Below the pieces are notes generated by a model. The model saw nothing but the letters and a program-made list of their open reading frames with translations. It had not been told where the DNA came from and did no database searches. A stretch of DNA of 64,000 bases from Mobula hypostoma (taxonomy: Eukaryota): positions 131,504,001-131,568,000 of the forward strand of contig NC_086097.1 in assembly GCF_963921235.1 (NCBI RefSeq), given 5' to 3'. Numbering within the stretch: the first letter of the stretch is position 1; each line of letters begins with the position of its first letter. The position numbers and the translations under genes are program-made. Shown in pieces: positions 37,212 through 52,204 of this stretch.

Positions 37212-37811
37212 AAAACTGTGGCAAAAGGGTATTTTAAAGCAGTAAAGAGAGATGGAGATGTTTGGGAAGGGATTTCCAGAGCTTAGCTGAAGTTCTGTGA
37301 CTGGAATCACAGATGTAAGACAGAGTGGAATTAATGAAGAAATCCTGGAGGGATTTGAGGCTTGAACTTGAGGGTTGCAGGATGCTCACAGCAGGAGGGA
37401 GGAAAACTGAGGAAGTGTACTCTTTATCTTCAGCTCCTTGGTTAAGTTCAGTTCAACTCCCAGATGACTGAAGTTTGTAAAATTATGAGAGGTATAGATA
37501 GTCAGAATATATTTTTCACGGGTGGAAATGTCAGGTACTAGAGGATATTCATTTAAGCTGTGAGGGGAAAATTTAAAGGGAATATGCAAGGCAAGTATTT
37601 TTTTACACAGAGACTAGTGGATGGTGGTGGAAGCAGATGTGGTTGAGGTATTTAAGAGATTGTTAGATAGAGACATGAGTGTGTGGGGAATGGTGGGATC
37701 TGGATCATGTACAGGCAGAAGAAATTTTTTTTTAATTCAGCGTTCAGTGCAGACACATTGGGCCAAAAGACCTGTACTTATGCTCTACCATTCCTCATTC
37801 TATATCTTCAA

Positions 37812-38105
37812 GAGCGTCACGGTAGCGTAGTACGACACTATTACAGCTCGGGGCGTTGGAGTTTGGAGTTCAATCCCAGTGTCCAGTGTAAGGAGTCTCT
37901 GTACATCCTCCCCATGGAATGCACGGGTTTCCACTTAGTGATCCAATTTCCTTCCATGCTCCAAAGTTAATTGGTCATTTTAAATTGTCCCGTAATTCGG
38001 GGAAAATCAGGGCCGTCAGAGGTTGCTGGGCAGCCTGTCTTGAAGGGCCGAAAGGGCCTATTCTGCACTGTATCTCTAAACAGACAAACAAACAAACAAG
38101 TAAAT
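37812..38105 (+). mobile_element. V-SINE-type tRNA-derived SINE
   Basis: cacggtagcgtagt (A box), ggagttcaatccc (B box), gtaaggagtctctgtacatcctccccatgga...gggtttcc (V-domain-like), gggccgaaagggcct CR1-like tail, (aaac)n end. Confidence 0.75.
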
Positions 38106-40484
38106 AAAAGAACAAGAATAAGTGCACAAAGAATGCCTGCTCACAAATCACATCTAACAAAATGTCTGCACAGCAAGCAGAATAGGAGAACTTTAGTCAC
38201 AACCGTTTTAGTTTGATGCTGGAATTGTGAAGGAGGCTCCAAGTCCTCCAGTTTGACCTTTACTGGTTGTCATTCCAATACACTGTGCAAATGATTTATG
38301 CTTTTGACCACATTATTGATTGAGTGCACTAAATTTTTCAGATTACTGTACTGAAGAGAGTATATTCTACAGAGACCAAACAAAAGAGACCAATCCCAAA
38401 GTGATATCATGTTCAGCATGAAGCAGCTCCACTTAATGCTTTCTTTCAGTGAGAATTTATGGACTGTGATACTATTATATTATTACATTACATTAACTTA
38501 TGCTATTGAGTTAAAAAGCCCTTGGTAGCTCTTAATTTTTAGGTAGATTGTGAGTTTTTTTTAATATCGGAAGTACTTGAAATAATAGACTAGCTAAATC
38601 CCAACAGCTGAAACTTGTAAAATAAATTCTGACTCCCTCTAAGGGAGATTACTAGGGTCACATGAGTACAGAGAATATTGGAAAATCATGGAATCAGAGG
38701 TTAGAGTGCATGGAAGGAAATTTAAACAGGTTTATTTATCGGGATAGGACTATTTTGCAGTCTGGCTGAATTTCCATTTTTTCAGTATCTTAGCAAACTG
38801 CTGAGTTTAGCCTCCGATCCAGAAATGCTTCCCCTATCACATTTCTCCTGTATACTTCAAATGGATTCACTTTAATTTTAAAATTAGCTTGCATTTATGT
38901 AGCATGTTCCACATTTTCGGCACCTCACCCATGTGTTTCCAAATCATCTTGAGGTCAATGGTATCCTCATACAACCCAAAACATCAACATTTCCCTTCCT
39001 CCCACTGATGTTGGTCAACCCACTGAATTCCTCTTGTAAATTGTTGCTCCAGAACCCATTTTCTGCAGTCTCTTGTGTCTCTATCTTGAAGTCAATGTTG
39101 TGATGTAGGAAATATTACACAAATTAATTTTAAAACAATAATTTCGTAGCTTATAAATTACAAGTATCCCAAATGCTTTGCATAATCAGTTATCAAAGTA
39201 AATTTATTATTAGCTTACAGGAGGGGAGGATAGAATCAGATTCGGATTTATTTATCCTAAGCACATTGAAACTTGCAGTGAAATGTATTGTTTGTGTTAA
39301 CAACCAACACAACCCAAGAATGTGCTGGGGGCAGTCACAAGCATTGCCACATATCCTGGCTCCAAAAGAGCATACCCACAACACATAACACAATAATCAA
39401 CAAAACTACAACAGCAAAACAAGCCCCATTCGATCCTCCCACCCACACACATATACACAGTCCCTTAACCCCAGGACAAACTGTCTTCTTCAGCCTCCAG
39501 CAGACTTGGACTTGGAGACATTGGGCCTTCAACCTCCCCAGTGGACTCACACAGATTCATGGACTCGAGGCTTCGGCCACTAGGCCTCAACTTCTGGACT
39601 TCCAAATGAAGACCCCCGATGATGACTCCAAACACTCGGCCTCGAACTCCAGACTTACCTATGACAGGACCCTGAACACTAGGCCTTGAACTCAGGCATA
39701 CCTAGGAGGTCACCTGCCCACACAGAATTCTGATCCAGAACCTGCCAACGACTCGATGACCCTGGGAAGGCCACCAGCCTTGCTAGTCTGACAGAGTGAT
39801 ATCCAACCACGGATGTCCTACATCAGCATCACCAACCTTTGAATGCTCTGACCTTTGTCCTTGTCTGAGATTCCTGTCCCTAAACCTGATCCTGACACTA
39901 ACCTCTTCCTCTGTTCCAAAACGATCCCTACGAAACAAAAACAGTTTGAGCTGTGACCTCGAAGTCACAGTTTGAGCTGTGACGGAAGCTAGCTCAGTGC
40001 CATCATGACATGCCAAAAGTGTTTAGCTCAAGAAAAAAAGAATTGTTTTAAGCAGAGAAAAATCACTGAAATCTATGGTACCAATGGAAGCTATTTGACC
40101 CCAGGTGTCCGTCCTCTCTCAGGAAGAGCTTTAGATTAATTCTTCTTTCCAACTCACTATCCCCGGACTCCTTGAAGTCTCATCCAGGGACTTATAAATA
40201 TGAGTGTTTCAGCCTCCCCCACCCTCTCAGGTAATGAATTATGTACTGGTGGTCTTGGCCCGAAATGTCTACTGTTTACTCATTTCCACAGATGCTACCT
40301 GACTTGACGAGTTCCTCCAGCATTTTGTGCATATCACAACTTATCTTGGGTGACATCATCAGGGAAATGGGTGGTGTAAGCTGAAAGAATATTTGCTTTG
40401 TGTGAATTTATAGCTAAGAAAAGTGGGCCATAGCTAGCTAAGGCAATGGTCAGTTCAACCTGATGAGGCATATTAGGGAGACCA

Positions 40485-41375
40485 TAAGAAATAGGAGAAG
40501 AATTAGACCATTCGGCCCATTGATGCTGCTCCTCCATCCCATCTCCCTCAATTGCAGGACTCTGCAGAGAGTGGTGCGGACAGCCCAGTGCATCTGTAGT
40601 TGTGAACTTCCCATGATGCAGGACATTTACAAAGACTGGTGTAGTAAAAGGGCCCGAAGGATCACTGGGGACCTGAATCACCCCAACCACAATCTGTTCC
40701 AGCTGCTACCATCCGGGAAACGGTACCACGGCAAAAAAGCCAGGACCAACAGGCTCTGGGACAGCTTCTTCCACCAGGCCATCAGACTGATTAGCTCATG
40801 CTGATTTGAGTGTATTTCTATGTTATATTGATTATTCTATTTGTTATAAATTATTATAAATTACTATGATTGCACATTGCACATTTAGACAGAGATGTAA
40901 CGTAATGATTTTTACTCCTCACATATGTGAAGGATGTAAGAAATAGAGTCAATTCAATTCATGACTGATTTACTATCTGTCTCAACACCATTCTCCTGCC
41001 TTCTCCCCATAACCTTTCATGCCCTGACTAATCAAGAACCTATCCACCTCCGCTTTAAGTATACCCAAATGACTTGGCCCCCACAGTCATCTGTAGCAAT
41101 GAATTCCACAGATTTACCACTCTCTAGCTAAAGAAATTCCTCCTCATCTCTATTCTAAAGGGAGGTCCTTCTACTCTGTGGCTGTGCCCTCTGGTCCTAG
41201 TTTCCCCCACTATAGGAAACATCCTTTCCATGACCATTCTATCAGGACCTTTCAATATTTGATAGGTTTCATTGAGTTCCTCCTCCTCGTTCTTCTGAAC
41301 TCCAGTGATTACAGGCCCAGAGCTATCAAATGTTTCTCGTATCATTCTTGGGATCAGTCTTGTGAACCTCCTCTG
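40485..41375 (-). mobile_element. CR1 LINE 3' fragment, interrupted by a Rex1 fragment
   Basis: ccataagaaataggag...ccattcggccc tail; ETYQILKGPDR...GETRTRGHS in ORF 41124-41345. Confidence 0.82.
40541..40961 (+). mobile_element. Rex1-type LINE 3' end nested in a CR1 tail
   Basis: LQRVVRTAQCI...HPNHNLFQLLPSGKRY...RTNRLWDSFFHQAIRL; (caatt)n tail. Confidence 0.88.
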
Positions 41376-42689
41376 GCAAGTGTGATTAGCTACACTTTTA
41401 TGAGAATCACATCCTGACTTTTAGTAATTTTGTACAATCTTTGATAAACTTGCATAATCTACAATGATATGGGATACCGAAAAGTGTGGGAGAGGCTGGA
41501 AGGAAGACAACCAAAAGAATGCAATGCGATGTGATACAATCAATGTCACTGCTGTTTAATTCTGCCCAAACTTCATCTGATCTCTGATACCTGTCAAAGT
41601 GGTTGGTTATGTCTCCAGGATCTTAAAGAAATGAAATTAAAATCCATGAGGCTCATCATTACTGATTTGTCCCTAATTAGACAAATGGACCCTGATGTTT
41701 CTGATAGCATGCCTTCTTTTCCATTGATGCGTCGATGTTGCATTAAAAAATAGTAGAAATATGCTGCAATAATACGGTGGTGTTTACCCTGCCTTGTGTT
41801 TGAGACAATGTCCTGTTAGATCTGGGGTGAGAAGACATGCTGTGTTTACCTTCCCTGATTTGGTCAGCTGTTGAGTTGAATAAGAGCTTAGTTAAAACAA
41901 GCAAACATTTGCTTTCTCTTCCATAATGCTGTTTTTTTTCACTTTGCTTAGCCTGAGACATAAATCTTTCCTCTGTGTTAAACAAATAAACCTTCAAGCC
42001 AAGACGAGCCCTCACAGGACATCAGCCCAGCTTGTATGACCTCTTCCCCAGTCTGTGGTAAAGAAAGCGTCCTCAATCCATCTGAAATAAAAGGGACATA
42101 GTACTAAAACGGTTGAGCGAAAAACAATAAAGGGCTATCATTCCTCCTGTGAACTAGCCTCTAACTAACTATCTGCTGTACAAATGACTTCCTACCCATT
42201 GTGTTGCTTACAAAGTGGAATATGGGAATGATCAACAGCTGAGTAATGAATGAATGCACTAGTTACAGCATGAGTGAGCCTGTAACTGGTGCTAAACAAC
42301 AGGTGTAGGCAGCACAGGGATACAAACAAAAAAGTTTCTGCAAAGTAACTCCAATGATTTATTGTTTGAGTGATATTTTTGGACATGTTTCAAAATATCG
42401 ATTTGATTTTGAAAGAATGCATGCAATAATCATTTAAAAATCCTTTAGGAATGATAATTTTCATTTTAACTATGACAATGATCAAAAATCTTGCTAATTG
42501 ACCTTGGAGATTGTGATAACACTTGCTAAACCTATCTATTAGATGGTTGGCAATTTAACTAGCTTAAAAAAGAGCCTTGTACTTTATTGCATTATAAGGG
42601 ACAATTGAGGATTATCCTTTCCCAACCCCATCATGTAAGTTCAACCTCTTTTTTTTTCATAACAGTATGTTGTGATGTTGGATGGTATT

Positions 42690-43680
42690 AATCAGAATCA
42701 GAAACAGATTTAATATCACCGGCATATGTCCTGAAATTTGTTAACTTCATTGCAGCAGTACAATGAAATATATGATAAATAAATATAGAGAAAAATACTG
42801 AGTTACATTAAGTATATATATGTATATTAAATAGCTAAGTTAAAATACGTAGTGCAAAATAACAGAAATAAAAAAGTAGAGAGGCAGTGCTCATGGGTTC
42901 AATATCCATTTAGAAGTTAGATGACAGAGGGGAAGAAGCAGTTCCTGAATCACTGAGCGTGTGCCTTCAGCCTTCTGAACCTCCTTCCTGACAGTAACAG
43001 TGAGACCAGGGCATGTCCATGGGGATGGGGATCCTTAATGATAGACGCTGCCTTCCTAAGGCACAGCTCCCTGAGGATGACTTGGATACTATGGGGGCCA
43101 ATACCCATGTTAGAGCTGACTAATATTACAAGTTTCTGCAACTTATTTCGGTGTTGTGCAGTGGCAACCCCCTCCCCCATACTAGATGGTGATGCAGCCG
43201 GTCAGAATGCTCTCCAAGCTACATTTGTAGAAGTTTTCAGGTGCTTTAGTTGACAAACCAAATCTCCTCAACTTCCTAAAGAAATATAGCTGCTGTCTTG
43301 TCTTGTTTATAGGTGCATCAATATGTTGGGTCCAGGTTAGGTCCTCGGAGATATTGACACCCAGGAAATTGAAATTGCTCACTCTCTCCACTCTGATGTC
43401 CCTGTGAGGATTGGTTTGTTTTCCTTTGTCTTACCCTTCCTGAAGTCCACAATCAGCTGTTTGGTCTTGCTGACGTTGAGTGAAAGGTTGTAGCTGTGAC
43501 AGCATTCAACTAACTGATATATCTCACTCCTGTATGCCCTTCTGTCACCATCTGAATTTCTGACATCAACGGTTATATCATCAGCAAATTTATAGATGCT
43601 GTTTGAGCTATGCCTAGCCCCACCATCATGGGTGCAGAGAGAGTAGAGCAATGGGCCAAGCACACATCCCTGTGGAGTGG
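42690..43680 (-). mobile_element. Rex1-type LINE RT and C-terminal fragment
   Basis: PQGCVLGPLLYSLCTHD, YKFADDITV, LNVSKTKQLIVDFRK, ERVSNFNFLGVNISEDLTW. Confidence 0.92.
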
Positions 43681-44349
43681 CACTTTTCAATAAAAGTTGT
43701 TGATACACTGATTTAATCAGATCAAGTTTGTCATATGCACAAGAATATGTGTCCACAGGTGTAATGAAAAGGTTACTTGCAGCAGCATCACATGCATATG
43801 GCATTAAAGACGTGACATTCATAAGAAAAGCTTTGAATGTAACCGATACAATATCACCCAAGAAAAAGCAACAGTAGAACAAGTAAAACAAAGTCCACTG
43901 TGCTGAAAAGCGACCAAAGTGTTTTTTCTATTGTGAAGTTGTACGGTTTGGTTGAAGAACTGAATTGTTGAAGGGAAGAAGCTGTTCTTGAACCTTGTAG
44001 GGGTGCGACTTCAGGCTTCTGAGTTTTCTGCCTGATGGTGACAGTGAATAGATGGCATGGTTGGGATTTTTTAACGAAAGATATTCCCTTCTTGAAGCAG
44101 CAGCTCTTGTTTTCCAGAAACTCATCCCTGCCAACTTTTAGACTTAAAATGTCGGCAGAATATGGGTAACTACATCTCAGAATGGGTAGAAGGCCGGGTA
44201 GGTTTGACTGAAGCAGAAATTTATTGACGCAGAGGATGGTGAAACTTTGAAATTCTCTCCTCCATAGCGCCTGGAAGCTCAGATGCTGAATTCATTCATA
44301 CTAGTGGCCAATAGATTTCTGGACATTTGGATATGCGGATAATTCAGAG

Positions 44350-45090
44350 CTCAAAGTTCAAAGTAAATTTATCATCAAGGTACACCATATACAACACTGA
44401 TATTCGTTTTCTGGGGACATACACAGTAAATTCAAGAAATACGATGGAATTAATGCAAGACTGCACCCAACAAGATGGACCAGCAAATCATGTGCAAAAA
44501 AATACAAAGTGTGCAAAAACAAAAGAGGAAGAAACAATAACTAAATAAACAATAAATATTGAGACCATGAAATAAAGAGTCATGTCCTTGAAAGTGATTC
44601 TTTAGGTTGTAGGAACAATTCAGAGGTGGGGAAATTGAAGTGAGTGAAGTTATCCACTCTGATTCAAGAGCCTGATGGCTGAGGGGTAATAACTGTTCCT
44701 GAACCTGATGACGTGGCTTCTGAGGCTCCTTTACATTCTTCCTGATGACACCAGCAAGAAGAGAGCATTACCTGGGAGTTGGAGGTTCTTGATATTGGAT
44801 ACTGCTTTCCTGCGACAGCACTCCATGTAGATGTGCTCAATGGTGGGGTGGTCTTTACCCGTGATGGACTAGGCCATATCCATTACTTTTTGTACGATTT
44901 TCCATTCAAGGTCATTGTTGTTTTCATACCAGACCATAATGCAACCTGTCAATAAGCTCTCCATTGTGCGTCTATAGAAGTTGTGGATGTTGTGCCGAAC
45001 ATTCGCAGACCTTTAAGGAGATGCTGCTGTTCTTTTTTCGTAATTGCGCTTACATACCAGGCCCAGGACAGAGCCTCCAAAACACTGAAG
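44350..45090 (-). mobile_element. Rex1-type LINE 3' fragment
   Basis: Same subfamily as 7744-8400 (ttcaaagtaaattt tail; gagcctgatggctgaggggtaataactgttcctgaacctg). Confidence 0.8.
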
Positions 45091-47735
45091 TGCTGGAAGA
45101 CGGAGCTGTGGTCAATATCTTTATCTTGATCTTGATGAATGGTGGGACAGGAATGAAGGTCAGGCACTAATTCCTGCTCCTACTTATTCTGTTCTCGCCT
45201 TCTTATATAAGGTTACCTTCATTGTAACTTCAATAATGAGTCCAATACTTAAAAGTACATTTGCAGCTTATTAATGAAGTGTATTTTGAATGGGAATTAT
45301 ATTTGTGTACATACACTCCTCTTCGTAGAGTTTATTAACTTATCACATCATTCATGAATTGTACCATCCTAGACACAGTCTGCTATGTCTGCCCACTTAT
45401 ATTTTCCCAAGACAGTGCATTGGAAGACTTGATGATCTACATTTGATTCCTGTCCTGTTTGGTAGAATAAACTCTGGGTAGGGACTTGGGTTCATAGGTT
45501 AATTAGCCATCGTAAATTTCCCATGTGAAACATTAACTCTGTTTTTCTTTACAGACTCCACTGACCACAATTTTTGCTTTTTATTTCAGATTTCCAGCAT
45601 CTATACCTATTGTTTTGATTTTTGCAGTTCAAGGTATTGTGAATTAGTGCATTGATCAGAAATGTATAATTATGGATTATTCAGCCCTGATCCCATTCAG
45701 CTTTCAAATAGGTCAAAATGGATTGATACTTTTAATCCATTTATCTACCTTCCTTTACTGTGCCAAATATCATTTGCACTAACTTTACATTAAAACCATT
45801 TTTTACTCTGCCTAGATTCTCATCAACTCCCCCCCACCCCCCCACCATCAAATTTTACTTCTCACCAGCACACGGGGGAAAGTTTACAGCAGCCCTTTTA
45901 ACCCACCATCCTGTGTGAAGTGAGGGAGGAAACCTGTGCAGTCAAGAGAATGTGCAGACTCTGTATAGACCGCACCTAAGATCGGGATTGATCGCGGGGT
46001 CTCCGGCACAGTAAGGCAGTAGTTTCACCAGTTGTGCCAAAGTGCTGTCCTTCGAGACTAACGTGCTAAACCAATGTGTTAAACAATGGGACAAAACCCG
46101 CATTTTCTTTGATAGATACTTTTCATTTATGTTGAAGCAGTTCAGCTTACTTGCACGTAATGACTTACATTATTGGTCAGATCACAATCTGAACTGATTC
46201 AAGATAGCTTTGCCGACAACATGATGGGAGGAAGAGGAAAGCAAGGAGCCTATCACAATCACCAAATCACCAGGTTTTGATCCCACCTGGGTCTCAGAAT
46301 ACACAATCTTCCCAGGTCGCTATACATATGAGGGAAAAGAAAGTTGAACACATGTGTACCTGCTTTTTTTAAAATTCCACAAGCACAATAAACATGTCCA
46401 TCTTTCCTGATGGCTTTGGTATCACAGATATTTTGATCTGCTCTCATATATTGTCATTTGCTTATGGGCAAAGTGATTGTTTTAGATTTCCAGCATCTGC
46501 AGATTTTCTCATATTTGTGATTATCTTGGTTGCCTGATAACAAAACATTGATTAAGGAATCCAATGGCAAGACAGGAGAAACTGTACTTTCATGACTGCA
46601 TTTGACTGTGAAAGAATCCTTGCAAAACTGGACATTGGGAGTCAAGATGAAAGCGCTACTGCCAGCCATGGGTTATGACAGCCTGAAGTCCCATACAGCT
46701 TATTCAATAATATTTGCCTGTGATGCTGCTGTAATAAAGTTTTTAATACACATGTGCATATTTGTGATTGTGCATATGGCCATAAATTCAATTAAACTTT
46801 GACTTTGATCAGAATACTCATAAACTCTATTACTTAGATGGAAAGGATCAGAGGCTTTTAGGGTAGCATCATCTCTACATTTCCATACAAATTCCACACC
46901 ATGCTGTCTAATAGTACCATTCCTTTATGATCTTAATCTCTGAACTCCCTACTCAGCAGTTTTCTGCAAGTGCCTGCACAGTAAAGACTTAGTGGTGAAA
47001 AGTGGAAGCTCACCACTGAATTTACAATGGCCATCAAGGATGTGCATTAAATGCCTCCTTCTGCTAAGGACATTATTTACAATTTTCCTTCCTCCGTTGC
47101 CATTAATTCAAAATCATTTTCTAATCTTCTTCAGAGGCATTGAAACAGAAAACTCAGTCAGAGGTTGGCATTAAGAAGAAAAAGGAAGAGGTAGGATTAT
47201 AGGTTTACATTACAGAAGGAGTCTATTCATTTTGAAGTATCCATCCATAATGGCCTAAACCATGGACATTAGTGTAATAATATCACAAACAAGACAGAAT
47301 CTACAAATGCTGGAAATCTAAGCAACACACTCAAAATGCTGGAGAAGCTCAGCAGGCCAGGGAGCATCTATAGAAAAAATGTACAGTTAACGTTTTGGAC
47401 TGAGATCCTTCAGATGAACTGAAGCTTCACAGATGCGTAACTAAAAATCCTTAGTGTTTGTTGGGTTTTTTTTGGATTTAGGACATAGTAAACATTGACT
47501 TCAGCAAACAGCCTTCAGCTCTGAAGAGGCATTGAAGATTAAACCTAAAATGTAACTCTGAACAATGGGTTCCTAAGAACCATGAACCATTAATTGGAAG
47601 AGACTGCAGTTAATTGGAAGATCAAACAGCGCTGCTTTAAGATCATTATTTGTGTGTATTTGGGTGTCAGTAGTATGGGTGCGAAGGAGGGAGGAGTGAA
47701 GGTGTTGTGTAGATCAAAGAAAGCATTGTATTTGT

Positions 47736-47890
47736 GGACAAGAGAAAATCTACAGATGCTGGAAATCCAAGCAACACACACAAAATGCTGGAGCAACTCA
47801 GCAGGCAAGGCAGCGTCTATGGAAATGTCGACTGTACTCTTTTCCATAGATGCTATTGTTCCTGCTGAGCTCCTCCTGTATTTTATGCAG
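47736..47890. repeat. Head-to-head palindromic PLE-terminus element joined next to the GTCGAC cleavage-site palindrome
   Basis: ctcagcaggcaaggcagcgtctatggaaat|gtcgactgtactcttttccatagatgct...cctgctgag. Confidence 0.78.
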
Positions 47891-49317
47891 ATTGTAAATA
47901 TGGAATTGTCCTCGATTTTCTTTGATCTTTAGCACCTAAAATGTTGTGTAATGCTGGGTCAAGCAGGCCGTTTCCCCCCTTAAGGGGTCACAATCTGACT
48001 CCTGTTGTACCTCATTTTGCCGAATAAAGAGGCAGTTTCATAACTACCAGTACTTCTCTTTGGTGACTTCATTCACGTAAGAACAGCGTTTATAGAATGA
48101 AAGTAGAATACCATACAGATGGAGCTATTCAGCTGTTTGAGCCTGTACCAACTTTCCTAAGGAGCTTTCCCATTAATCTCACTCCCTGTTTTATTTCCTC
48201 CAAAACCCCACACTTTTTTTCCAATCTACTTTTTTAATAACAAATCTCTTTTAAAATTTGGCATCAGATATACTTCTTTCTCTCTTTCAGGCAGAGCATT
48301 CCTGATCATTGCAAAACTACTGCTCATTCTCTACATAAACAGTCTATCGAAGAAAAATTTCCACACAAGTCTAACTCATTTGCCTCTCACCCTAAATCTC
48401 TATCCTCTGGTTACAAAATCTCCTGGCACTTGAATTAATTCCTCAATTGTTCAGTTACATCTTTCAGTGGTTTTCCTCTTTACATAACTTTCCTAAGTGC
48501 GGAATAAACCACAGAAGAGAAGTCCCTTATCTCTGGGACCATTCTGGTGAAAAGAAACCAATGAACTATTAACTCTGTTTCTCTCTTCAAGGTGCTGCCT
48601 GCCCTGCTGACAATTTTTAGTTTCACCAGTATTTATTTCAGATTCCCAACATCTGCTGTTATTTTTGCTTTTTGACCATTCACATCTCTGAATTCATTTC
48701 GGCACTATAAACGTGGTCTGTATTGTGAAATCTGAGCATGTTCAGAGATTTGCTAAACTGTCTCCAAGCAAGTGCATATTTGTCACTATTACCCCAGGAA
48801 ATTGATCTTGCGCCTTTGGCTATCCATTGAAGAACTGGAAATGAAGCAAAGCTACCAGAGAAGAATGGGCAAAGGCATGCTACCGAAGGGTTTTGTCTTG
48901 AAATGTCAACCGTACTTTTTTCCACAGATGCTGATTTCCTCCAGCATTTTGTGTGTGTTGCTTGGATTTCCAGCATCTGAAGATTTTCCCTTGTTTGCAT
49001 CCTTGTTATTCCTACTTCCTCAGGAGGCCAAAGAAATTTGACATGACCCTTTTGACCCCAAGCAATTTTTATCGATGCACCATAGAAACCACTCTATCCA
49101 GATGCATCACAGTTTGGTGTGGCAACTGTCCTTCCTGAGATGGCGAGGTGTGCAGAGAGTGTGAATGCAGTTCAGCAATCATGGAAACCGGTCTTAGAAA
49201 CATAGAAACATAGAAAACCCACAGCACAATACAGGCCCTTCGGCCCACAAAGTTGTGCCGAACATGTCCCTACCTTAGAAATTACTAGGCTTACCTATAG
49301 CCCTCTATTTTACTAAG

Positions 49318-52140
49318 CTACATGTACTTAACTAAAAGTCTCTTAAAAGACCCTATCATATCCACCTCCACCACCATTGCTGGCAGCCCATTCCATGCAC
49401 TCACCACTCTCTGAGTAAAAAACTTACCCCTGACATCTCCTCTGCACCTACTCCCCAGGCACGTTAAACCTGTGTCCTCTTGTGGCAACCATTTCAGCCC
49501 TGGGAAAAAGCCTCTGACTATCCACACGATCAATGCCTCTCATCATCTTATACACCTCTATCAGGTCACCTCTCATCCTTTGTTGCTCCAAGGAGAAAAG
49601 GCTGAGTTCACTCAATCTATTCTCATTAGGCATGCTCCCCAATCCAGGCAACGTCCTTGTAAATCTCCTCTGCGCCCTTTCTATGATTTCCACATCCTTC
49701 CTGTAGTGAGGCGACCAGAACTGAGCACAGTACTCCAAGTGGGGTCTGACCAGAGTCCTAGATAGCTGCAACATTACCTCTCGGCTCCTAAATTCAGTTC
49801 CATGATTGATGAAGGCCAATACACCATACGCCTTCTTAACCACAGTGTCAATATGTGCAGCTGCTTTGAGTATTCTATGGACTCGGACTCCAAGATCCCT
49901 CTGATCCTCCACACTGCCAAGAGTCTGACTATTAACACTACATTCTGCCATCATATTTGACCTACCAAAATGAACCAATTCACACTTATTTGGGTTGAAC
50001 TCCATCTGCCACTTCTCAGTCCAGTTTTGCATCCTACCAATGTCCCACTGTAACTTCTGACATCCCTCCACACTATCCACAGCACCTCCAAACTTTGTGT
50101 CATCAGCAAACTTACCAACCCATCTCTCCACTTCCTCATCCAGGTCATTTATAAAAATCATGAAGAGTAAGGGTCCCAGAACAGATCCTTGAGACACACT
50201 ACTGGTCACCGGCCTCCATGCAGAATATGACCTGTCCACAACTACTCTTTACCTTCTGTGGGCAAGCCAGTTCTGGATCCACAAAGCAATGTCCCCTTCG
50301 ATCCCAAGCTTCCTTACTTTCTCAATAAGCCTTGCGTGGGGTACCTTATCAAATGCCTTGCTGAAATCCATATACACTACATCTACTGCTCTTCCTTCAT
50401 CAAGGTGTTTAGTCACATCCTCAAAAAATTCAATCAGGCTCGTAAGACATGACCTGCCTTTGACAAAGCAATGCTGACTACTCCTAATCATATTATACCT
50501 CTCTAAATATTCATAAATCCTGCCTCTCAGGATCTTCTCCAACAACTTACCAACCACTGAGGTAAGACTCACTGGTCTGTAATTTCCTGGGCTATCTCTA
50601 CTCCCTTTCTTGAATAAAGGAACAATATCCGCAACCCTTCAATCCTCCGGAACCTCTCCCGTCCCCATTGATGATGCAAAGATCATCGCCAGAGGCTCAG
50701 CAATCTCCTTCCTCGCCTCCCACAGTAGCCTGGGGTACACCTCATCCAGCCCTGTCGACCTACCCAACTTGATGCTTTACAAAAGCTCCAGCACATCCTC
50801 CTTCTTAATAGCTACATGCTTAAGCTTTTCAGTCTGCTGCAAGTCATCACTACAATCACCAAGATCCTTTTCCATAGTGAATACTGAAGTAAAGTATTCA
50901 TTAAATACCTCTGCTATTTGCTCCAGTTCCATACATACTTTCCCACTGTCACACTTCATAGGTCCTATTCTTTCATGTCTTATCCTCTTGCTGTTCACAT
51001 ACTTGTAGAATGCCCTGGGGTTTTCCTTAATCCTGCCCGCCAAGGCCTTCTCATGGCCCCTTCTGGCTCTCTTAATTTCCTTCTTAAACTCATTCCTATT
51101 AGCCTTATAATCTTCTAGATCTCCAACATTACCTAGCTCTCTGAACCTTTTGCAAGCTTTTCTTTTCTTCTTGACTAGATCTATTACAACCTTTGTACAC
51201 CATGGTTCCTGTACCCTACCATAACTTCCCTGTCTCATTGGATCGTACCTATGCAGAACTCCACAAAAATACCTCCTGAATATTTGCCACATTTCTTCCC
51301 CACTTTTCCCTGAGAACATCTGTTTCCAATTTAAGCCTCCGATTTCCTGCCTGATAGCCTCATAACTCCCCTTACTCCAATTAAATGCTTTTCTAACTTG
51401 TCTGTTCCTATCTCTCTCCAATGTTATTGTAAAGGAGATAGGATTATGATCACTATCTCCAAAATGTTCTCCCACTGAGAGATCTGACACCTGACCGGGT
51501 TCATTTCCCAATACCAAATCAAGTACAGCCTCTCCTCTTGTCAGATTATCTTCATATTGTGTCAAGAAACCTTCCTGAACACACCTAACAAACTCTACCC
51601 CATCTAAACCCCTTGCTCTAGGGAGATGCCGATCAATATTTGGGAAATTAACATCTCCCATCACGTCAACTCTGTTACTATTACACCTTTCCAGGATCTG
51701 TTTCCCTCTTGGCTCTCGATATCCCTGTTACTATTGGGCGGCCTATAAAAAACACCCAATAAAGTTATTGACCCCTTCCTGTTCCTAACCTCCACCCACA
51801 GAGACTCCGTAGACAATCCCTCCATGGCGTCCAGCTTTTCTGCAGCTATGACACTATCTCTGATCAACCGTGCCACGCCCCCCACCTCTTTTGCCTCCCT
51901 CACTGTCCATTCTGAAACATCTAAAACCCGGCACTTGAAGTAACAATTCCTGTCCCTGAGCCATCCAAGTCTCTGTGATGGTCACCACGTCGTATCTCCA
52001 AGTGCTGATCCACGCTCTAAGCTCATCCGCTTTGTTCACAACACTCCTTGCGTTAAAATAGACGCAACTCAAACCTTCGGTCTGAGTGCATCCCTTCTCT
52101 ATCACCTGCCCATCCTCCCTCTCGCACTGTCTACAAGCTT
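49318..52140 (-). pseudogene. CR1 ORF2 (endonuclease and reverse transcriptase), broken into several frames
   Basis: Tracked ORFs 51854-52204, 51661-51903, 50777-51664, 50249-50572, 49448-50239 and 49318-49533 are consecutive pieces of one APE-RT polyprotein. Confidence 0.93.
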
Positions 52141-52204
52141 TCTCTATTTGTGAGCAAACCTCCTCTTCCCTATTCGCTTCAGTTTGGCTCCCACACCCCA
52201 ACAA

